Assembly (NCBI GenBank): GCA_030024085.1 | Contig: JASEJE010000005.1 | Span: forward strand, 8,735 to 72,734 | Direction of reading: 5' to 3' | Length of the DNA: 64,000 nt | Origin: Bacillota bacterium | Lineage (GTDB): Bacteria > Bacillota > SHA-98 > UBA4971 | Shown here: positions 55,477 through 64,000 of the stretch, one piece after another | Position numbering within the stretch: the stretch's first letter is position 1 | Layout: each line of letters starts with the position of its first letter | The notes under the pieces: model-generated | Told to the model about the DNA's origin: nothing | Seen by the model: only the letters and a program-made list of their open reading frames with translations | The model's database searches: none | Position numbers and translations under genes: made by a program

Positions 55477-56482
55477 CGGCCGCTTTCCCTGACCGGACTT
55501 GCCCGACCCACGTGCCGCCGATCTCGACCGGGTTGTGACATGTGCAGTAATGCCCGGGGCAGATCTCCCTCCACATAGGATCTGCCTTGCTGCATTCGGC
55601 GCTCGCCCGGTCACACCGCGGGTGGAACCGGCATCCCGAGGGCGGGTCAAGCAGGTTCGGCGGCTCGCCCGGGATCGTGGCAAGCTCATGCTTCTCCCCA
55701 AGGATGCTGGGGTAAGCCCTCATGAGCGCATACGTGTATGGGTGCCGGGGTCTCTTGAACACGTCGTCTGCCTGGCCCAGCTCGACAAGCTTGCCTGCAT
55801 ACATCACAGCCACCACGTCACTGACCTCGGCAATAACGGAGACGTCATGAGAGATGTAAATCATGCTCATGTTGATCTTTCGCCTTATCTGGTCCATCTC
55901 GCGCAGGATCTTGTCCTGTACTATAACGTCCAGTGCTGTGGTAGGCTCATCGGCGATAATCATCTTGGGGTTACACGCAAGAGCCATTGCGATGACGGCC
56001 CTCTGCTTCATGCCACCGCTGTACTCATGGGGATAGTGGTACATGCGTTCCTTCGGAATCCCCACGAGCTCAAACAATGACCTGACCCTTGCCCAGGCCT
56101 CTTCCTCGCTGGTTTCAGGCTCGTGGGTCACTATGGCCTCTACTATCTGGTTTCCCACACGATACACAGGGTTCAGGGAGTTCATCGCCGCCTGGAATAT
56201 CATGGCGACGCCTTTCCATCGCATCTTTCTAACTTCCCCGTCGGTCATCGAGTAGATGTCGCGGCCCTCGAAGAGGATCCGGCCCCTGACCACCTTCGAG
56301 TTGTAAGGGAGCAGCTTCATTACCGACATGGCAATGGACGTTTTCCCGCATCCGGACTCTCCTACGAGCCCGAGGGCCTGCCCTCGCGCCAGGGATAACG
56401 TCACGCCGTCAACCGCCTGCACCCAGCCGGCCTTTGTACGGTAATGCATGGTGAAATCGTCGAGCTTAAGCAGGGGGTCCAT
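55439..56482 (-). CDS. Oligopeptide/dipeptide ABC transporter ATP-binding protein (OppD/DppD-like)
   Basis: GESGCGKTS, YSGGMKQR, IIADEPTTALD and a C-terminal Cys motif (CRFHPRCDRASAEC). Confidence 0.85.
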   Translation of the reverse strand: MDPLLKLDDFTMHYRTKAGWVQAVDGVTLSLARGQALGLVGESGCGKTSIAMSVMKLLPYNSKVVRGRILFEGRDIYSMTDGEVRKMRWKGVAMIFQAAMNSLNPVYRVGNQIVEAIVTHEPETSEEEAWARVRSLFELVGIPKERMYHYPHEYSGGMKQRAVIAMALACNPKMIIADEPTTALDVIVQDKILREMDQIRRKINMSMIYISHDVSVIAEVSDVVAVMYAGKLVELGQADDVFKRPRHPYTYALMRAYPSILGEKHELATIPGEPPNLLDPPSGCRFHPRCDRASAECSKADPMWREICPGHYCTCHNPVEIGGTWVGQVRSGKAADGGDQLGTSSNS

Positions 56483-56486
56483 CCTG

Positions 56487-57449
56487 TCACCTCTTTCTCA
56501 GCCGCGGATTTACAACTTCATCGAGCCCTCTGCCCACCATATAGAAGGCGGCACAGAACAGCGTGATCGCGAGCCCGGAAGGCAGCCACAACCACCAGTA
56601 CTTGCCGAAGTCGAAGAGGTAACCGGCCGCTTCAGCAGTGTGGATCATCATTCCCCAGCTCATGTCGATGTTCAAGACGCCGAAAAACGACAGGGTCGCC
56701 TCGCTCAAGATGGCCCCGGTGACGTTGAACATCATGTATAGAAACGACAGCGGAAGCACGTTGGGGATGATGTGCGCGCGGATTATGTGGAAGCTGCTCC
56801 CTCCGGCCACACGGGCCGCGTCGATATACGGCCTGACTTTGACGGAGAGCGCCTGCGCCTTCAGGATGATCGTTATGCCCCCGAATCCCCCCAGCACACC
56901 GAGGATTATCGCGAATGGGAAGAAGGTCAGCCGCACCATCGAGCCCACAACCACAAGCAGCGGTATGAACGGAAAGAGCATCATGATGTCGGCCACCCGC
57001 ATGAAGAACGTGTCGGTGAACCCGCCATAGTAAGCAGCCACCGTGCCGATGACGGTGCCGATCACAACGGTGATGAGCGCTGAGAGCACGCCCAGCAGAA
57101 ACTCCCGGCCCGTGCTGAACATGAGTTGGGCCAGGATGTCCCGGCCAATGGGGTCGGTGCCGAGAAGGTGCGCCTTCGTCGGCGGTGAGGGATGGAGTAG
57201 CATAGGATCAAACCCCACCACAGGGTGGTAGATCAGAGGATCCCACACCGTGTTTATCATGATGGGCCAGAGCGCGCCGAACACGCCGAATAACAGAATA
57301 ACGATCAACCCGAGCATGCCGATGCGACTTTCCCGGAACACGGCCCAGTTCTGCGAAAGCCCGCGCATGGTGAGCTTCCACCTTATTCTCCAGAGCGGCT
57401 CCCTCAGGACGGCGGCCTCCGCTTGCGGGCTTGGTGCCAGTTGTCTCAT
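56487..57449 (-). CDS. ABC peptide/nickel-type permease (OppC/DppC-like)
   Basis: Six-TM BPD-transporter permease with the EAA-like region and typical OppC N-terminus. Confidence 0.8.
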   Translation of the reverse strand: MRQLAPSPQAEAAVLREPLWRIRWKLTMRGLSQNWAVFRESRIGMLGLIVILLFGVFGALWPIMINTVWDPLIYHPVVGFDPMLLHPSPPTKAHLLGTDPIGRDILAQLMFSTGREFLLGVLSALITVVIGTVIGTVAAYYGGFTDTFFMRVADIMMLFPFIPLLVVVGSMVRLTFFPFAIILGVLGGFGGITIILKAQALSVKVRPYIDAARVAGGSSFHIIRAHIIPNVLPLSFLYMMFNVTGAILSEATLSFFGVLNIDMSWGMMIHTAEAAGYLFDFGKYWWLWLPSGLAITLFCAAFYMVGRGLDEVVNPRLRKR

Positions 57450-57479
57450 GTTTCCTCACCTGCCTTGCCACACGTCGTT

Positions 57480-58664
57480 CTAACCCTCGGCCGCGGGCTG
57501 TCCCGTGTAGGCGATGCGAGGGTCGAGTACCGCATACAGAATGTCTGCAACAAAGTGCGCTATGAGCAGGAACACTCCCGTGAACGCGAGAGCTCCCGTC
57601 GCAAGCGGATAGTCGTTTGCGAGCGCAGAGTGGAAGAGGACCTGACCCAGGCCCGGCCAGGAGAACATGGTCTCCGTGACAAGGCCGCCGCTCATGGAGC
57701 TCGCCAGGCTGAGCACCAGGCTCGTCACAGTCGGCAGTATCGCGGTCCGCGCAGCATACCTGTCCCTCACGATCGTGTCAGGGAGACCCTTGGCGTGAGC
57801 TGCCATGACGTAGTCCTCCTGCACGGTCTCGAGCATGGAGTCACGCATGAGAAGCATAGTGCCCGCGAAGCTGATAAGCGTGAGCGTGCACACAGGAAGG
57901 ACCATGTGATTGACTATGTCCCAGATATAGACGAGCAATCCTGCGCGCGAAGCCGCCAGCAGGGCTACCGCGACCAGCACAGAGCCCGAAAGCCACGCCA
58001 GCGCCACGTTTCGGCGGGTACGCTTGAGGCCCCGCAGAAAGGCATAGAAGATGAGGAACAGACCTATTGCGACCGCGCCACCCCCGTACACCATATAGCC
58101 GAAAACCGTATTGGCCGAGAAGGGCGCCCCTTGCCATAGCTTGGGCTCTATGAACTGGTTAAGGGGAAGGAGCCTAAGGGTGTAGGCAAAGATCCAGATA
58201 AGCACCAGGGCCAGCAGAGGATAGAAGGCGGTCCAGAATGTTATGCCAACGACTGTTGCAGCATAGTCCACCACCCTGCCGCGGCGCCATGCAATGACCC
58301 GTCCCATGACGTAGCCAACGTAGAACGAAAGAACATGCGCGGTGAGGAAGAGAACGAAGGTCCTCGGCAATCGCTCCATCAAGATATCCCACACCGGCCG
58401 GGGGTAATGGGAGAATGACACCCCAAGCTCTCCCCTGAAGAAGTTCTTGACGTAAGTCAGGTACTGCATCACGACCCCCTGGTCGAGCCCGAGCTGCTTC
58501 CTCAACTCCTCCCTGGCCGCCTGTGGAACCTTGGGATTCGCCAGGTACATCTGGGTGATATCGCCCGGCATGGCCTGGAGCAAGAAGTAGACCAGGGTTA
58601 TGTATATCAGGAGGGTCAGGATGACCTGTCCCAGCCTGCTCAAAACGTATCGGCGCATTTCCAT
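57480..58664 (-). CDS. ABC peptide/nickel-type permease (OppB/DppB-like)
   Basis: MEMRRYVLSRLGQVILTLLIYITLVYFLLQAMPGD, the typical OppB N-terminus, with BPD-transporter-family TMs. Confidence 0.8.
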   Translation of the reverse strand: MEMRRYVLSRLGQVILTLLIYITLVYFLLQAMPGDITQMYLANPKVPQAAREELRKQLGLDQGVVMQYLTYVKNFFRGELGVSFSHYPRPVWDILMERLPRTFVLFLTAHVLSFYVGYVMGRVIAWRRGRVVDYAATVVGITFWTAFYPLLALVLIWIFAYTLRLLPLNQFIEPKLWQGAPFSANTVFGYMVYGGGAVAIGLFLIFYAFLRGLKRTRRNVALAWLSGSVLVAVALLAASRAGLLVYIWDIVNHMVLPVCTLTLISFAGTMLLMRDSMLETVQEDYVMAAHAKGLPDTIVRDRYAARTAILPTVTSLVLSLASSMSGGLVTETMFSWPGLGQVLFHSALANDYPLATGALAFTGVFLLIAHFVADILYAVLDPRIAYTGQPAAEG

Positions 58665-58800
58665 CCCTCGATCTTTGCCAGATTTGGCCCGGTTGACGCA
58701 GCCTCCCCGCGAAACTCAACAAACCAGAGCGGGCCTGGGGCACCCCAGGCCCGCTCGTGAGAGGTCGCAGCTCGACTTGCGCCCGGGATGCGACTTCCCG

Positions 58801-60681
58801 TCAGTCGAGCATCTTGACAGTGCTCGTGAGCGCCCCAACGTACTGCAGGCCGCTCAGGACCTTCGTGTACGGGTACTGGGCACGGTCCGACCTGTAGGCC
58901 TCGATTATTGGGGTGTCAAAGAGCACGACGTAGGGTAGCTCATCCGCGAGGATCTCCTGCAGCTTGAACGCCTTCTGGCGGGCTTTCTCCATGTCGGCCT
59001 CTTTGACGAAGTCGTCCGCCAGCTTATCGAAATCCGGGTTACTGTAGCCCACGGCGTTGAAGCCGCCCGGCTCTGCTTGTTCACTGTGGAAGAAGAACTT
59101 CATGTGATCCGGATACAGGCTCAGGCTCCAGCCCATCATGAACGCGTCGAAGTCCTGCTCATCGAAGACCTTCGAGCTGACCACGTTGAACTCGGTGGGC
59201 ACGGCCTCAATCGGGATGCCGACCTCCTTAAGCCAGGAGGCGATATTCAGACCGAACGTGTAGCGGAGAGGATCATAGCCCGCCGTCATGATCATGAACT
59301 CGAACTCAGGCATCTTCTTGCCGTCCGGCATGATGAGCCCCTTGCCGCGCTTGAGGACCTTGTCCTTCTCAAGATCCACCTGAGGCTCGACTTCCCACTT
59401 GAACCCGGCCTTCTTCAGGAGCTTCACCGCTTCGGCTATCTTCTGAGAGCGGGTAAGCCCCTTCCCCCACTGCGGCACGTCCTTGTTGTACCAGTAAGCG
59501 TTTCCGGGTGGCACGACCGAGTACTGCGGGAACGCGATCCCCTGCAGTACCTTCTCACAGATGTACTCCCGGTCAATGAGGGTAGCCACCGCCTGGCGGA
59601 ACTCCTTGATGTTGAAGGGGTACTTCCGCAGGTTGAAGGCCATGAACCGGAAGCCGTTGACGTTGTTCTCGATCAGCGCCACATTGGGCGCCTTCTTCAG
59701 CTGCTCCTGGAAGCCGCGCTGCAGGCCAAGGGAGTTCAGCACGAAGTCAACCTGCCCACCGGTCAGGGAAAGCACAGCCGCGCTCTGGTTCTGGAATATT
59801 CGGTACAGCGTGCCGGTCGCGTCCGGACCATCGGTGATCTTGAGCTGGACCTTCCCTTCGGGCTTGCCGCTCTGCCACTTAAACCCGGTCTTCGGGTTCT
59901 CAACGGTGACGACGCCGTTCTCATAGAACGTGGTAACCTCACCCTTGCCGCTGTACACAGGGTTGGGCACGTTCTGCCAGAATGCGCCCTTCTCCCAGTG
60001 CCCGAACTTCCACGGACCGGCCGTGGGTTGCTTCTCCGGCTCGTGAGCGAACAGCTCCTTCACGGGATCGGCAGCCTTCTTCGCCTTCTCGAAGATGGGC
60101 TCCCAGTACTTCTTGTTAACGATGTAGTTCTGGAGCACTCCGTACTGCCACTGAGAGAGCCCGGGCTTATCCTTAAGGATGAACTTCACTGTGTAGTCGT
60201 CTACCTTCTCCACGCGCTCGAGAACGGTCGGATCCACGATGCTGGGCCAGTTCCCGCCGAGCTTGTTGGGGTCCATCTCAAGAACGGCATTGTAGCTGAA
60301 CACGACGTCATCGGCAGTGAGCGGAGTATTGTCGCTCCATTTGATGTCTTTACGCATCTTGACGATGGACGTGTAGTAGGTCTTGTCGCCGATCTTCTCC
60401 TCTTTCAGCGGGCTCGGCATATCGGCCGCTGCGGACGGCACGAACGCCCAGGTCGGAGCGGCGTTCCCGTAAAGGGACGTATAGTACTGGCTGTTGGAGA
60501 CAAACGTGTTCCACACTGTCGAGCTCGGGCCTAGAGACGAGTACAGGTTTATGGTGGTGGGATCGGCGAAAATAGCCATCTCATATAGCTTTCCCTGGCC
60601 CGCAAACCCGGTCGAAGCAACGCCTGCCACAAGGAACACGAAAAGCAACCCGGCAAGGATTCCCTTCCAGAATCTCCTCAT
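58801..60681 (-). CDS. Extracellular solute-binding protein, family 5 (OppA/DppA-like), with signal peptide
   Basis: Signal/anchor MRRFWKGILAGLLFVFLVAGVASTGFA. The 626-aa size and motifs fit SBP_bac_5. Confidence 0.8.
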   Translation of the reverse strand: MRRFWKGILAGLLFVFLVAGVASTGFAGQGKLYEMAIFADPTTINLYSSLGPSSTVWNTFVSNSQYYTSLYGNAAPTWAFVPSAAADMPSPLKEEKIGDKTYYTSIVKMRKDIKWSDNTPLTADDVVFSYNAVLEMDPNKLGGNWPSIVDPTVLERVEKVDDYTVKFILKDKPGLSQWQYGVLQNYIVNKKYWEPIFEKAKKAADPVKELFAHEPEKQPTAGPWKFGHWEKGAFWQNVPNPVYSGKGEVTTFYENGVVTVENPKTGFKWQSGKPEGKVQLKITDGPDATGTLYRIFQNQSAAVLSLTGGQVDFVLNSLGLQRGFQEQLKKAPNVALIENNVNGFRFMAFNLRKYPFNIKEFRQAVATLIDREYICEKVLQGIAFPQYSVVPPGNAYWYNKDVPQWGKGLTRSQKIAEAVKLLKKAGFKWEVEPQVDLEKDKVLKRGKGLIMPDGKKMPEFEFMIMTAGYDPLRYTFGLNIASWLKEVGIPIEAVPTEFNVVSSKVFDEQDFDAFMMGWSLSLYPDHMKFFFHSEQAEPGGFNAVGYSNPDFDKLADDFVKEADMEKARQKAFKLQEILADELPYVVLFDTPIIEAYRSDRAQYPYTKVLSGLQYVGALTSTVKMLD

Positions 60682-61290
60682 TGAAGCCTAACCTCCTTCT
60701 TACCTTCCCAAAGTTGTTCTCCGGAACCCTCTGCTCCCGATCTCTGCAAGAGCGCAAGACAGACCGCCAGGCCCTCCTCTGGTAGCCTGCTTACCACCTC
60801 CTTCGCTGAACTAGTCTGCATGACGCACAGTTGTGAGTCGTTGACAGACTGCAAATTGCGGAAGTAATCACTGCATGGGTCTACCCGATGATTCGCCTTA
60901 CCATAATTCGCTCTACTTGTCTGGAATCCTTCCGGATCAGGGTAAACTTGTCGAGCCCGATGCAGTTCTATCTATCCTGCTCCTCCAGAGCCGTCAGTGG
61001 ACTCGCTGCCAGTTCGCCCCAGCCATAGATTCTAGTTCCACATGACTTTCAGTTTTCCTCCCGCCCGGTGCGCCTCCGGTGCGGATTTCGCACCGCTCCG
61101 TCCGGAGCACAGCAAACCCGAGTGTGGGCTGGTTGCCCGGTGCACCAGGAAACCGCCCTTCCCGGGCCGATTCCTGACCCGCTGACTACCATGGCTCCTC
61201 AACGCGCTGGCCAAGCCACAAACTACCATGGTCATCTGTCGCCGCAGGTCGTATAATGGGACAGTGACCTCAAGAGAAAGGAGGATGGTC

Positions 61291-62199
61291 ATGAGAAGCC
61301 GTGCGTACCGCATACTCGGCCTTGCCGTTGTGGTAGTTCTCGTGGGCGCTGCATCGCTGTACTGGGTTGTCTCGATGGGCCACGACGCTCCCGTCGGCAG
61401 CGGTGTCGGCACCGACGCAGTCTCATCGATAGCGCAACCTGATTACAGACCGCTCAAAGCTGAGCTCGAGACGTATATGGGGTCGCAGCCCGCGGTGTAC
61501 GGCGTGTATTTCCGCGACCTCATGTCAGGGACAAGCTTCGGGATCAACGAACGCGAGCCCATTACCGCAGCAAGCACCGTAAAGGTGCCTGCGGTGCTCT
61601 ACCTGAACCACCTCGTCGCCGAGGGCCGGGCAAGCTGGGACGACCGCGTCGTGTACAACGGCGCCACAGACTACCAGGATGGCGCCGGGATATTGCAGTT
61701 CTCAGCGAGGGATGGAGACAGCTACTCCCTTCGCACACTGGCGAACCTGGCCATCACGATCAGCGATAATGTAGCGTACCGTATGCTGGTTCGACACCTC
61801 GGAAAGGACAACATCGCAGCGTTCATGCGGGATCTAGGTGGGCGCACCGTGTTCCCCGATGGGCGCAACATCACATGTGCAAAGGACATGGCGGTATACA
61901 TGCAGGGTGTGCTCGATTTCGAGCGGCGTCATCCGGATCTCGGGTCCCGCCTCCTGGATGACATGGCGCACCCCATCTACCACGTCGGTTTGCCGGGCAA
62001 GCTGCCGCCGCACGTGGTAGTGGCGCACAAGGAAGGCGATGTGTCGGGGGTCGCCAACGATGTCGGTATCGTTTTCGCACGCAGGCCGTATGTCCTTGTC
62101 GTGCTCTCAAAGGACGTTCCCGACATCGACCAGGGTTTCGCCACAATCGCCGAGATCTCGCGAATGGTGTACGACTACCAGAGCAGCGTGGCCGCGTAA
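61291..62199 (+). CDS. Class-A beta-lactamase-like serine hydrolase with N-terminal TM anchor
   Basis: Ser-x-x-Lys AASTVK, SDN loop ITISDNV and HKEGD in place of KTG. The ATG at 61291 follows AAGGAGG. A TGnTATAAT-like element (cgTATAAT) lies at ~61252. Confidence 0.65.
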   Translation: MRSRAYRILGLAVVVVLVGAASLYWVVSMGHDAPVGSGVGTDAVSSIAQPDYRPLKAELETYMGSQPAVYGVYFRDLMSGTSFGINEREPITAASTVKVPAVLYLNHLVAEGRASWDDRVVYNGATDYQDGAGILQFSARDGDSYSLRTLANLAITISDNVAYRMLVRHLGKDNIAAFMRDLGGRTVFPDGRNITCAKDMAVYMQGVLDFERRHPDLGSRLLDDMAHPIYHVGLPGKLPPHVVVAHKEGDVSGVANDVGIVFARRPYVLVVLSKDVPDIDQGFATIAEISRMVYDYQSSVAA

Positions 62200-62225
62200 C
62201 CTCATCTGGTGACCGCGGCGCCCGG

Positions 62226-62248
62226 ACCAGGCACCCGGGCCCACCGGG
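62226..62248. terminator. GC hairpin (gcccgg-N8-ccgggc) in the convergent gap between the beta-lactamase-like gene and the DUF4097 gene
   Basis: Possible bidirectional terminator. There is no clear U-tract. Confidence 0.25.
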
Positions 62249-62294
62249 GAACCGGCGACGGCCGGGCGACCATCGCGCGGCCACCCGGCTCCCC

Positions 62295-63386
62295 TTATAC
62301 CTCCGTTCCACCCGCACGAATCGTCCGCACCCTAAGCTCGCCCGAGCCGACATCCGCGATGATACGCAACTTCACCGGGGCCGTGTCAAAGCGTTCAGAG
62401 TGCTCGAATTCCCGGTCCTGGTAGCGTCGTCCATCGACGTACACAGTGCCCGATCCTTTGCGGCCGGTTATCGTGAACCCCGCTTCCGCAGGTATCCTGA
62501 CCTCAAGCTCCCCAGAGCCAACACCCAATCTCACGTCCACAACCCCTGACACCCACCCCCCGTCGAGGTCCACCCTGGCGCTCCCGGAGCCAACTTTCAC
62601 CTCAACGTCGCGCGGCTTGAAATCGCCTAGCCTTGTGACCTCCACGCTTCCCGATCCCACCTCGCATGTAAAGGCCTCGCTTGGTTCGGCAAGAGCCCCC
62701 GTCGCCCGGCAAGACAGCGTGCCGCTGCCGATATCGAGTCGTAGCTCTCGAACCTTCGTGCGGCCAAGCTCTACGGTGCCGTCTCCCGAGCCAAGATCCA
62801 CGAGGATGTCGGTGGCGACGCCGGAGTCTGCGAGTTGGATCTCGTGCCTGTTCTGGGGATGCGGGAAGCGGATACCGAACGTGCGGCCACCTTTCTCGGC
62901 GTAGTCCAGTACCAACGTCCCCCCTGACATCCTCTGGGAAAGGCGCGGCTCGTCCTCAGGCATGTAGTAGGTCGCCTGCGTGAATAGAAAACCTGGTCTC
63001 TCGCTCTCGCCGATGCTTACCCTGCTGGACCCCAGCGACACGTGCAGGCGGACCGCCTCCGGCTGGTACGCCCCGGCAGGCACCTCGAACGTTCGCGTCC
63101 TTGCCTCGGAGACCCCCCAGAGCCGTCCGCCGGGAGCCCAGCCGCCCGCCGAAAGGGCGACCGCAGCCCCCACGACGAGCAGCAGGACGATGGCTGCGAA
63201 CCACCCGCCACCCGCCCTGGTGCCGCTCCCTTCGAGAATCAGGGACACGCCGAAGAGGACGAGAATGACCGGCCACAGAACGCGGATTGCGTCACCAAGG
63301 CTCCAGCTGATAAGACCCAGGTTATTGGCGAGCAAGACCAGGCCGATCAGAATGAGTACCACGGCGAACACTCGTCTTCCAGACAT
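62295..63386 (-). CDS. DUF4097/'toastrack' beta-helix protein with N-terminal multi-TM region (LiaF-like architecture)
   Basis: N-terminal TMs (VFAVVLILIGLVLLANNLGLI...), then repeated xGSG(x)V/L-E-V strands (IGSGTLSC, VGSGSVEV, LGSGDGTVEL, VGSGELEV). The start is at MSGRRVF. Confidence 0.55.
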   Translation of the reverse strand: MSGRRVFAVVLILIGLVLLANNLGLISWSLGDAIRVLWPVILVLFGVSLILEGSGTRAGGGWFAAIVLLLVVGAAVALSAGGWAPGGRLWGVSEARTRTFEVPAGAYQPEAVRLHVSLGSSRVSIGESERPGFLFTQATYYMPEDEPRLSQRMSGGTLVLDYAEKGGRTFGIRFPHPQNRHEIQLADSGVATDILVDLGSGDGTVELGRTKVRELRLDIGSGTLSCRATGALAEPSEAFTCEVGSGSVEVTRLGDFKPRDVEVKVGSGSARVDLDGGWVSGVVDVRLGVGSGELEVRIPAEAGFTITGRKGSGTVYVDGRRYQDREFEHSERFDTAPVKLRIIADVGSGELRVRTIRAGGTEV

Positions 63387-63713
63387 TCGTACCACCCCTC
63401 GAAGAAGTCGCTGCTTTTCGGCATGCATGCCACGAAGTCCCGAAAACCGCCTTCTCAACTCAGGCGTCGGGGTCGCAGTCGCCTGGCCGCGTCCGCGAAG
63501 GACGTGGCAAGCTCGCGCCACAGTCGTGCGTGCACGTTGCAGCAAGCGCCACGAACAGTGAGCGGCAGCTCTGCCGCTCGACGGTCGAGCGTAGCACCAG
63601 TGATCCAGCGACTGCTACGAAGCTGTCGGAGGTCATCGAGCCCGCAACAGGCAGCGGCGCTGAGCGCCGCCCCGGGCGAGGCTTGTTTCCCTGCGTCCCC
63701 GAGAGTATGTAGT

Positions 63714-64000
63714 TCAATACTGGCGTGGGAGATCCTTTCGAATGTCATGCGAAGTTATGCTTACCGTGTTTCCCCGCCGCTCCACGCGACCGTCCACCAC
63801 AAGGATGGGGCTTGTGAACATCACTCCCCCGCACCGCCTGTACACGTCCTCGAACACCGTCACGTCGATGAGGCCGGTCTCGTCTTCGAGGGAGAGGAAA
63901 ACCACGATCCTGCCGCTTCGCGTGGGTGGGCGGTGCGGCCTTATCACCATCCCAGCCACCCGCACGCCGGCGCCGGGCTCCATCTCCTTCGCGGCTGCGG
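63714..64000 (-). CDS. C-terminal OB-fold region of a DnaE-type DNA polymerase III alpha subunit (possibly error-prone DnaE2/ImuC); the CDS is truncated at the window end (its 5' start lies beyond position 64000)
   Basis: GVRVAGMVIRPHRPPTRSGRIVVFLSLEDETGLIDVTVFEDVY matches the conserved OB-domain pattern at the DnaE C-terminus. The ORF runs off the window. Confidence 0.45.
   Translation of the reverse strand, partial: AAAKEMEPGAGVRVAGMVIRPHRPPTRSGRIVVFLSLEDETGLIDVTVFEDVYRRCGGVMFTSPILVVDGRVERRGNTVSITSHDIRKDLPRQY

Overview
This 64-kb window is high in GC (roughly two-thirds G+C) and densely coding. The real genes are mostly on the minus strand, and the plus strand carries long antisense 'shadow' ORFs, as is typical for high-GC DNA. 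I saw no rRNA, tRNA, CRISPR array, integrase or transposase. The content is housekeeping and metabolic; the spoIID gene suggests an endospore-forming Firmicute-like lineage (inference).

Gene content, in order along the window:
- Threonine degradation: tdh-like Zn-dehydrogenase and kbl, then a NIF3-family protein.
- HtrA-family protease and a phosphohexomutase.
- A cobalamin-riboswitch-controlled B12 module: BtuF-like binding protein, FecCD permease, ATPase and a BtuR/CobO adenosyltransferase.
- FeoA-FeoB ferrous-iron uptake, with FeoB split into two overlapping ORFs.
- A Cys/Met-family PLP lyase and a Zn-dependent alcohol dehydrogenase.
- A GntR-headed operon: energy-coupling-factor (ECF) transporter (fused A/A' ATPase plus T component), MtnA isomerase, a candidate S-component membrane protein and a DeoD-type nucleoside phosphorylase.
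- Fe-S hydro-lyase alpha/beta subunits, a TldD/PmbA protease pair and a ComEC-like MBL-fold hydrolase.
- A GldA/GldF/GldG-like ABC-2 system with a DUF4340 protein.
- An activase plus two 2-hydroxyacyl-CoA-dehydratase-like subunits, divergent from a short-form leuA/cimA-leuC-leuD-leuB cluster.
- A CopA-like P1B-ATPase, spoIID, and divergent cysK/cysE.
- An FmdE-domain protein, a large PEP-utilising (PEP-synthase/rifampin-phosphotransferase-like) enzyme and a class-III aminotransferase.
- An Opp/Dpp-type peptide ABC transporter, a class-A beta-lactamase-like serine hydrolase and a DUF4097/LiaF-like membrane protein.
- The C-terminal tail of a DnaE-type polymerase at the window end.

The main leads are:
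- a ~50-nt intergenic motif with a palindromic core that occurs twice, exactly 17.9 kb apart;
- the split FeoB;
- an ECF/MtnA/phosphorylase module that looks like an incomplete methylthioadenosine (MTA) uptake and salvage route;
- the orphan activase/dehydratase-like trio;
- a ~315-nt structured leader upstream of leuA closed by long-range inverted repeats;
- a promoter-equipped 56-aa ORF.

No single element here clearly amounts to a new biological system.
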